Source: Candidatus Latescibacterota bacterium (GTDB lineage: Bacteria; Latescibacterota; UBA2968; UBA8231). Taken from it: a DNA stretch of 64,000 bases. Both the position numbers and the translations under genes were made by a program. This document shows positions 57,308 through 64,000 of this stretch, in pieces. The notes beneath the pieces are model-generated. The model made no database searches, had not been told where the DNA came from, and worked only from the letters and a program-made list of their open reading frames with translations. How positions within the stretch are numbered: the first letter of the stretch is position 1; the number at the start of each line of letters is the position of its first letter. Where the stretch lies: contig CBDCDC010000001.1 of NCBI GenBank assembly GCA_965215195.1, forward strand, positions 1 to 64,000, read 5' to 3'.

Positions 57308-58330
57308 ATGCAAACGCCCCGCGTATCAGTACTACTCCCCGTGTTCAATGCAGCCGCCACGCTGGCGGAAACCTTAGAGAGTATCCAAGCGCAGAGCTGC
57401 GAAGATTTTGAGGTCATGGCCATAGACGACGGCTCGGAGGACGAGAGCGGGGACCTGCTCTTGGAATGGACTCTCCGCGACCGCCGCTTTAGGACGTTGA
57501 TATCCGACCACCGAGGCATTGTCGAGGCCCCCAACCGGGGCTTGGCCTTTTGTCGGGGTGCGTACGTGGCGCGCATGGACGCCGACGACCGGATGCACCC
57601 CGAGCGCTTGGAAAAACAACTCGCGTGGTTGGAAGGAGATCCTACGCTGAGCGTAGTGAGCTGCTTGGTGGAGATCTTTCCGCGCGAGGAGACCGGGGAG
57701 GGGATGTTGGTGTACGAGGCTTGGTTGAACGGCTTGGTGGATAGCGCGGCGATTGAACGAGAGTTTTTCGTCGAGAGTCCCATCGCCAATCCGTCGGCCA
57801 TGATGCGCCGCGAGGAGCTGGTGGCCTTGGGGGGCTACCAAGATCGGGGATGGCCGGAAGACTACGATCTGTGGTTGCGCTATCGGGCGGCGGGTCGGCG
57901 CTTTGCCAAGGTGCCGGAGGTCTTGCACTACTGGCGCGAGCATCCGCAGCGGGCCACCCACGTGCAGGGCCGCTACTCGGTGGAGAATTTCCTCCGCGCC
58001 AAAGCGCATTACCTTTGCGCCGGGCCCCTGCAAGAGCGGGACGGGCTGGCTGTCTGGGGCGCGGGCAAGACCGGCCGCCGGCTCGCCAAGCACCTGGAGC
58101 GCGAAGGCCGCGCTCCCGATGTATTTGTCGATATTGCGCCGCAAAAAATCGGCGGCACCTTGCGGCGCAAGCCCGTGATCGGGCCGGAGGACTTGCCGGC
58201 TTGGCGGGTGCGCCACGAGCGGCCGATCCTATTGGCGGCCGTGGCGTCGCGGGGTGCGCGGGCCCTGATTCGGCGGCATCTGCGGGAGGAGGGCTGGGTG
58301 GAGGGCGCGGACTTTTTATGCGTAGCTTAA
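57308..58330 (+). CDS. Family 2 glycosyltransferase with C-terminal Rossmann-like domain
   Basis: VSVLLPVFN, IDDGSED, ARMDADD, EDYDLWLR; C-terminal VWGAGKTG. Confidence 0.9.
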   Translation: MQTPRVSVLLPVFNAAATLAETLESIQAQSCEDFEVMAIDDGSEDESGDLLLEWTLRDRRFRTLISDHRGIVEAPNRGLAFCRGAYVARMDADDRMHPERLEKQLAWLEGDPTLSVVSCLVEIFPREETGEGMLVYEAWLNGLVDSAAIEREFFVESPIANPSAMMRREELVALGGYQDRGWPEDYDLWLRYRAAGRRFAKVPEVLHYWREHPQRATHVQGRYSVENFLRAKAHYLCAGPLQERDGLAVWGAGKTGRRLAKHLEREGRAPDVFVDIAPQKIGGTLRRKPVIGPEDLPAWRVRHERPILLAAVASRGARALIRRHLREEGWVEGADFLCVA

Positions 58331-58348
58331 AAAAGGAAAGGCAGCGAC

Positions 58349-59158
58349 ATGACAGTGCAGTACAGTCTCAACACATCGACGATCCGCCCGGCATCGCTGA
58401 TGGAGAAAATCCGCATCGCCGGGCAGACCGGCTACAAGGGCATTGAGCTATGGAACGATGACTTGACCGCGCACGAGCAACAGGGCGGCTCGCTCGCGGA
58501 CGTGCGGCAGGCCCTATCCTACTATGGGCTGGCGGTGCCGACCGTCATTGCACTCCACGGCTGGTTGGGGTCTGAAGGCACGGCGCGGGTGCAGGCATTG
58601 GAGGAGGTTCGGCGGCGGATGGCGCAGGCCGTAGCGGTGGGGGCCGAGTTTATCGTGGCCAGCCCGCCGCTGGATCCCTGCGACCTGAGCCGAGGCGGGG
58701 CCGATTACCGCGAATTGCTGGAGATCGGCAGAGAAATCGGCGTGCGGCCGGCCATGGAGTACCTAGGCTTTGTACAGAGCGTGTACACCATTGATCAAGC
58801 TTGGCAGATTGCCACCGACGCCGACCATTTAGATGCAAGTTTGATCATGGACCCGTTCCACATTCTACGCGGCGGCGGTCCCATTGCGAGCATCGCCAAG
58901 GTGCCCGGTGCCAAGGTCGCGGTCTGGCACTGGAACGATGCCCCCGGCGACAAGCCCTTTGCCGAACAAAGCGACGCCGACCGGGTGATGCCGGGCGACG
59001 GGGCCGGGCCACTGCGCGAGATCGAGCGGCTGGCGCGAGCGCAGGGATACGAGGGGTTTGTGTCGCTGGAGCTGTTCAATCCGAAGCTATGGGAGCAGGA
59101 CCTAGCGGAAGTTGCCCGGATCGGCTTGGAAAAGATGCGGGCGTATTTTGCCGGCTAG
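58349..59158 (+). CDS. Sugar phosphate isomerase/epimerase (xylose isomerase-like TIM barrel)
   Basis: GYKGIELW, MEYLGF, DPFH, HWND, DRVMPGDG, VSLELFN. Confidence 0.85.
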   Translation: MTVQYSLNTSTIRPASLMEKIRIAGQTGYKGIELWNDDLTAHEQQGGSLADVRQALSYYGLAVPTVIALHGWLGSEGTARVQALEEVRRRMAQAVAVGAEFIVASPPLDPCDLSRGGADYRELLEIGREIGVRPAMEYLGFVQSVYTIDQAWQIATDADHLDASLIMDPFHILRGGGPIASIAKVPGAKVAVWHWNDAPGDKPFAEQSDADRVMPGDGAGPLREIERLARAQGYEGFVSLELFNPKLWEQDLAEVARIGLEKMRAYFAG

Positions 59159-59177
59159 GACCTCAGCCGCAACCGCT

Positions 59178-59681
59178 CTACAGCCCCAGAATCTCGCGCG
59201 TTTTTTGCGGCAGTGCCCGCCAGTTGGCGATCAGATAGCGGTTGCCATCGACATCCTCGATGATGGCCCGGCCGCCGGAGAGTATGCGCACATTGGTGCG
59301 GTAGCCGCGGATTTCGAGTTGGCGGGGACCGCTGGTGGTTTCGATCTGTCCGCGCAGCACCCCGAATTCCTCGTCGAGGCTATTGAAAGCGAGGACCTGC
59401 GGTTGAAAGTAGATCTTGTCGAGCTCGTCTAGCAGCACTTGGCGGCTTTGGGCGTCGAGCTGCTGCGGGTCTTCGATTAGGCCGAGTTCTTGGTCTTCGG
59501 CGGCAAAGACGCCGATGTAGCGGTTGGCCTCTTCTAATGGGAAGGCGCGGCGGATCTTGAGGTCGGTGTGGTCCTCGCCATCGAGCGCGAGGATCAAACT
59601 GCCGCGCTCGGAGCGGCTGAAGCGCATCTTTTGCGGGTCGAGCAGAAAATCCTCGTACGAATAACCGCGTGCTTCGCTCAT
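59178..59681 (-). CDS. DUF1854 domain protein
   Basis: RAFPL..YIG, EL..IYFQP.I/V, ETTSGPR, IEDVDGNRYLI; coupled to ABC transporter. Confidence 0.82.
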   Translation of the reverse strand: MSEARGYSYEDFLLDPQKMRFSRSERGSLILALDGEDHTDLKIRRAFPLEEANRYIGVFAAEDQELGLIEDPQQLDAQSRQVLLDELDKIYFQPQVLAFNSLDEEFGVLRGQIETTSGPRQLEIRGYRTNVRILSGGRAIIEDVDGNRYLIANWRALPQKTREILGL

Positions 59682-61969
59682 AGGGCCCGTACTTTCGCCA
59701 TTTCGGTTTGCATATTGACCAGTCGGCGATAGACGCCGTCCTCCATATTGAGTAACTCTTCGTGGGTGCCGACCTCGGCGATGCGCCCTCTTTCCAACAC
59801 CAGCAGTCGGTCGGCGTTTTTGAGAGTCGAGAGCCGGTGGGCGATGGCAAAGGTGGTGCGGCCGGCAACCAGCCGCTCGAGCGCTTCTTGGATCTCGAAT
59901 TCGGTTTGGGTATCGACCGAGGCGGTGGCCTCGTCGAGGATGAGAATGCGCGGGTTGCCGATCAGGGCGCGGGCAATGGAAATGCGCTGGCGCTCGCCGC
60001 CGGAGAGCCGACCGCCGCGCTCGCCGACTTGGGTGTCGTAGCCATCGGGAAAATTCATGATGAACTTGTGGGCGTTGGCCGCGCGGGCCGCCTCGATAAC
60101 CTCTTGGCGCGTCGCGTTGGGATGGCCGTAGGCGATATTGCTGGCGATGGAGCCTTGGAAGAGCAGGGGCTCCTGCAAGACCACGCCGATTTGGTTGCGC
60201 AGGGCCTGCTGTTTGAGCCGGGTAATGGGCTGGCCGTCGATGCGGACTTGGCCGTCGGTGGCGTCGTAGAACCGCGAGATGAGGTTGACCAAGGTCGACT
60301 TGCCAGCGCCGCTGGGGCCGACGATGCCGATCATCTCGCCGGGCGCGGCCTTAAAGTGGATGCGGTCGAGAATGCGCGCCGAGCCGTCGTACGTGAAGCT
60401 GACGTTGCGGAACTCTACTTCGCCTTCGAGCGGGCCGGGGTCCATGGCGTTGGGGTCGTCTTGGACTTCGGGCTCGGTGTCGATGATTTCAAAGACGCGC
60501 TCGGCCGTTGTCGCTGCGCTTTCTAGCTGCTCGGTGAGGTTGCACAGCGAGCGCACCGGCGCGTAGAACATGACCATGTACGAGATAAAAGCCTGCAAAT
60601 CGCCCAAGGTCAGGGCGTTACTGAGCACCCGGTTGCCGCCGAACCACCACAGGATGATCGAGCCGACTGAGGTGATAAAGGAAATCGTCGGAATGTAATA
60701 GGAGCGCATCTTGAAGGCGGTCATCCGCGATTCGCGCAGATCGACGTTGCGCTCGTTGAAGCGTTCGAGCTCGCGGTCTTCTTGGGCAAAGGCTTTGACG
60801 ACCTTGACGCCGGGGATGGAGTCGGCGAGCATGGCGTTGAGGGTGGCAATGCGACGCCATATTCGGTGGAAAATCCAGTGGATGCGGTTGCGGTAGATAA
60901 TGGTGCCGATGATCATGAAGGGGATTGGCAGCAGCGACAAAAGCGCCAATTCCCAATTCATTATAAAGAGCATCGTGCAGATGCCGACGATGGTCAGCCC
61001 GTCGATGACGATGTCTTGGAATCCCGAGGTGATAAAGCTGCGCATGCGCTCGGTGTCGCTGGTAACGCGGGTCATGATCCGACCGGTGCTGAGCTTGTTG
61101 TAGAACGTCAGCGACAGCAATTGCAAATGTTGGAAAATTTGCATCTGCAAATCGTACACGATGCGCTGGCCGAGCCAACCTAGGGCGTACATGCGCACAC
61201 CGCTGATGATGCCGCGGCCGATGTAGATACCGAGCAGGCCGAGCACGACCCACAGCAGGAATTGGACGCTCGCGGCGGGGGGCGTGGTCGCCTCGCCCTC
61301 AGCGATGCGTGCGGCCTCGTATTTGACGAGGACCGGGATGATGACATCGTCGATGAGGATGCGGTTGAGCTGGGGCGGCAGCAGGCCAATGGCCGTCAGT
61401 ACAATCGTCAGCGTGAACCCGAGCAGTGCTTGGCTTTTGTAGGGCTTGATATAGGAAAACAATCGCCAGAAGGTCTCGGTCTGGCGCAGGCAGTTGGGGC
61501 AGACTTTAGAGCCGGAGCGGAGCGCTCGTCCGCAGGTGGGGCAATGTTCTACTACTTTGACCGGATCGACATGTAGCACCCCGTCCTCTTCTGCGTCTTC
61601 TTCCTCGACCAAGCCAGCGCCCTCAATGGCTTGGGGCACTCCGGAGAATTTGTAGTACGCACTCTGCGAAAAGCGCAGCAGCTCGACGGTTTCATCCTCT
61701 AGCTCGACGACGAGTGCGCCGCTACCCACGTAGTTGCGGGTCTGTATGCCTTGCACTTCGTCCAAGCCGAGGCGCACGGTCTCGGGCTTATCTGAGCCAT
61801 TGGGGTGAAAGACGAGCATCCGCTCGTCGGTAAGCGCAAACCAAGAGTCGCCGTACTGCCCATCGGGGCGAATGTCGGCGGCGAGGAGGACGATGAGCAG
61901 CTCGCCGGGTTGCAATTCGCCGCGGATGTGGGGCAATAGGCGTTCGGGTATAGGTTCGACTAGATCCAA
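59678..61969 (-). CDS. ABC exporter (TMD+NBD) with N-terminal extension containing CxxC..CxxC
   Basis: GPSGAGKST, LSGGERQR, ILDEATASVD, AHRLST; N-terminal CPTC..CPNC. Confidence 0.93.
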   Translation of the reverse strand: MDLVEPIPERLLPHIRGELQPGELLIVLLAADIRPDGQYGDSWFALTDERMLVFHPNGSDKPETVRLGLDEVQGIQTRNYVGSGALVVELEDETVELLRFSQSAYYKFSGVPQAIEGAGLVEEEDAEEDGVLHVDPVKVVEHCPTCGRALRSGSKVCPNCLRQTETFWRLFSYIKPYKSQALLGFTLTIVLTAIGLLPPQLNRILIDDVIIPVLVKYEAARIAEGEATTPPAASVQFLLWVVLGLLGIYIGRGIISGVRMYALGWLGQRIVYDLQMQIFQHLQLLSLTFYNKLSTGRIMTRVTSDTERMRSFITSGFQDIVIDGLTIVGICTMLFIMNWELALLSLLPIPFMIIGTIIYRNRIHWIFHRIWRRIATLNAMLADSIPGVKVVKAFAQEDRELERFNERNVDLRESRMTAFKMRSYYIPTISFITSVGSIILWWFGGNRVLSNALTLGDLQAFISYMVMFYAPVRSLCNLTEQLESAATTAERVFEIIDTEPEVQDDPNAMDPGPLEGEVEFRNVSFTYDGSARILDRIHFKAAPGEMIGIVGPSGAGKSTLVNLISRFYDATDGQVRIDGQPITRLKQQALRNQIGVVLQEPLLFQGSIASNIAYGHPNATRQEVIEAARAANAHKFIMNFPDGYDTQVGERGGRLSGGERQRISIARALIGNPRILILDEATASVDTQTEFEIQEALERLVAGRTTFAIAHRLSTLKNADRLLVLERGRIAEVGTHEELLNMEDGVYRRLVNMQTEMAKVRAL

Positions 61970-62176
61970 AACGGCCCTATCCTATTGTTTAATGCGATTT
62001 GTATTGGGGAGGAATGAGGTTCCAAGGTGGGGCGGAGGCTATGTGGGCTTCACTATTAAAAGCTAAGGGTTTTTAGTAAAAGGGCAAACTCGGTGCGGCC
62101 CAAGCGAATTTGCCCAGTGGTTGTTTAATGGTTGTATTGAGACCGCACGGCAAAGCAAACGAGAAAGAGGAAGGCT

Positions 62177-63181
62177 ATGACTATTAGCCAAGAGGAACTG
62201 AAAGGGCGGTTGGCCCAATTGCCGCGGTTGCAGCTAGCGGCCTTGCCCACGCCCTTGGAAGCACTAAAGCGTCTCAGCGCCCACCTAGCCGGTCCGCAGA
62301 TTTGGGTCAAGCGCGACGATTTGACCGGCTTGGCCTTTGGCGGCAACAAGATCCGCGAGTTTGAATACCAGATCGCCCAAGCCGTAGAGCAGGGCTGCGA
62401 CGTGTTGGTACACTCGGCTGCTGCCCAGTCGAATCAGTCGCGGCAGACGGCCGCAGTGGCCGCAAAATTGGGGCTGTCTGCGGTAGTCGTCGGCCGCGAC
62501 GACGCCCACGCCCAGACCCAGGGAAACCTGCTGTTGACCCGTCTCTTTGGCGCGGAGGTGGACCTGCCAGCACCCGAGGAGCAGGCGCGGACTGTGGCCG
62601 CGAAAATGGCCGGGCTGACTGCGGCCGGCCACCGTCCCTTCCACACCAGCTCGGACGCGCGCATCTTCCGCAGTGTAGCGTACGTTGATGGGGCGCTAGA
62701 GCTTTTGGCCCAATGCGAAGAACAGGGCGTTGAGCCAGCGGCCATCTATCTGTGCTCTGGAGCTCATACCCACGTGGGTCTAGTGGTGGCGTTCAAGGCG
62801 CTGGGCATCAATATGCGGGTGGTGGGCATTAGCCCCTCGCCACGCGACGACCAGCAGGCGGCAAAGGGGCATCTCGCGCTGGGGCGGGAATGCGCCGAGC
62901 TCTTGGGGCTAGACCTCTCGCTGAAGGCGGAGGATTTCGAGAGCTACGCCGCATTTGTCGGCCCGGATTACGGGGTGGTCACTCCCGAGAGCCGCCAAGC
63001 CCTGCACTTGGTGGCCCAGCAAGAAGGGCTGTTGCTCGATCCGTCCTATACGAGCAAGGCCATGGCCGGGCTTTTGGCGCACGTCCGCGCCGGTTGGTGG
63101 CGTCCCGATCAGAGCCTTATCTTTCTCCACACTGGCGGCACCCCCGCGCTTTTTGCTTACGCCAAAGACTTGGGCTACTAA
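62177..63181 (+). CDS. PLP enzyme of the D-cysteine desulfhydrase/ACC deaminase family, DcyD/CuyA-like
   Basis: KRDDLTGLAFGGNKIR, QSNQSR, LLDPSYTSKA, HTGG (Thr rather than the ACC-deaminase Glu/Leu). Confidence 0.88.
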   Translation: MTISQEELKGRLAQLPRLQLAALPTPLEALKRLSAHLAGPQIWVKRDDLTGLAFGGNKIREFEYQIAQAVEQGCDVLVHSAAAQSNQSRQTAAVAAKLGLSAVVVGRDDAHAQTQGNLLLTRLFGAEVDLPAPEEQARTVAAKMAGLTAAGHRPFHTSSDARIFRSVAYVDGALELLAQCEEQGVEPAAIYLCSGAHTHVGLVVAFKALGINMRVVGISPSPRDDQQAAKGHLALGRECAELLGLDLSLKAEDFESYAAFVGPDYGVVTPESRQALHLVAQQEGLLLDPSYTSKAMAGLLAHVRAGWWRPDQSLIFLHTGGTPALFAYAKDLGY

Positions 63182-64000
63182 TGCAACTTCCCACACCCGA
63201 CCCCACCCGCTTCAAGCGGCGCAAAGCCCTCATCGGCCGCCTGCGCGAGCACTTGCGCACCGACCAGATCATTCACCGCCGCGAGGACGTAGTCGCCTAT
63301 GAATGCGATGGCCTGTCAGCGTATCGCCAGCGGCCCATGCTGGTCGCCTTACCGGATAGCACCGAGCAGGTCGCGGCCGTGCTCCGGTCGTGCTCCCAAC
63401 TCGACATTCCCATCGTCCCTTGGGGTGCCGGCACCGGGCTTTCGGGCGGTGCCCTGCCGCGGGAAGATGGAGTGGTATTGAGCACGGCGCGGATGCGAGC
63501 GGTCCTCGACATCGACTTGCAAAACCGCACAGTGACCGTGCAGCCAGGCGTGACCAACCGAGGCGTGACTGAAGCGGTGGAGCGGAGCGGCTTCTACTAC
63601 GCGCCCGACCCTTCGAGCCAGATCGCTTGCTCGATCGGCGGCAACATCGCCGAGAATTCAGGCGGCGTACACTGCCTCAAGTACGGGACGACGACCAACA
63701 ACCTCCTCGGCTTAGAGGTGGTGTTGGCCGATGGCGAGATCGTGCGGGTCGGCGGCAAGGGCATGGACCAAGCGGGCTACGATTTGCTCGGGCTGCTGAC
63801 AGGGTCAGAAGGGCTGTTGGCCATTACCACGGAGGCCACGCTGCGCATCTTGCCCAAGCCGGAAGTGGCGCAGGCCGTGATGGCCGTGTACGATTCGGTC
63901 GCCGCGGCCGGGCAGGCCGTGGCCGAGATCATTGCCGCGGGCATGGTGCCGGCCGGCATGGAAATCATGGATCAGCTATCTGTTGAAGCGGTTGAGGGCT
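63181..64000 (+). CDS. glcD: Glycolate oxidase subunit GlcD-like FAD oxidase, partial (runs off the window)
   Basis: Manual translation: AYECDGL, GAGTGLSGGA, YAPDPSSQIACSIGGNIAENSGGVHCLKYG, GSEGLL; TAATG overlap with the upstream gene. Confidence 0.88.
   Translation, partial: MQLPTPDPTRFKRRKALIGRLREHLRTDQIIHRREDVVAYECDGLSAYRQRPMLVALPDSTEQVAAVLRSCSQLDIPIVPWGAGTGLSGGALPREDGVVLSTARMRAVLDIDLQNRTVTVQPGVTNRGVTEAVERSGFYYAPDPSSQIACSIGGNIAENSGGVHCLKYGTTTNNLLGLEVVLADGEIVRVGGKGMDQAGYDLLGLLTGSEGLLAITTEATLRILPKPEVAQAVMAVYDSVAAAGQAVAEIIAAGMVPAGMEIMDQLSVEAVEG

Noticed and set aside
62177-63181. ACC deaminase (acdS)
   Set aside because: Has DPSYTSK and HTGG, not the DPVYEGK / HLGG diagnostic of true ACC deaminases.

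Overview
64 kb of chromosome from a GC-rich diderm bacterium (TonB-dependent receptor present; taxonomy not determinable with confidence). Mostly housekeeping and energy genes: aceE (partial, with many indels at the window edge), an AGCS symporter, panB, bioF-bioH-like-bioC-bioD-bioA with a convergent bioB, a full nqrABCDEF-M operon directly followed by a full F1Fo ATP synthase operon, pfk-pgk-tpiA-secG-tRNA-Leu, dnaE, map, an ABC exporter + DUF1854 pair, a DcyD-like gene and a partial glcD. Two accessory blocks interrupt this. (1) About 24.8-38.4 kb, between atpC and tRNA-Met: a low-GC TonB receptor, two pseudogene scars, and a group 3b [NiFe]-hydrogenase cluster with an embedded cNMP-binding gene, a USP, a Zn-finger-less HypA and no HypB. 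(2) About 41.6-46.8 kb: a lower-GC convergent pair. One gene encodes a 915-aa protein of ~22 near-identical 102-bp TPR repeats whose variation is concentrated at the ligand-facing positions and appears combinatorially shuffled; the other encodes a NERD nuclease-SF1 helicase. This pair is the best candidate for an undescribed system (possibly a diversifying sensor plus nuclease effector), but that function is inference. Also found: a 124-bp MITE-like element with TIRs and a 9-bp target duplication beside the tRNA-Met promoter, a REP-like palindrome family, and a 33-codon ORF with a strong SD in the nqr leader. All calls are from motif recognition by eye; no searches were run.
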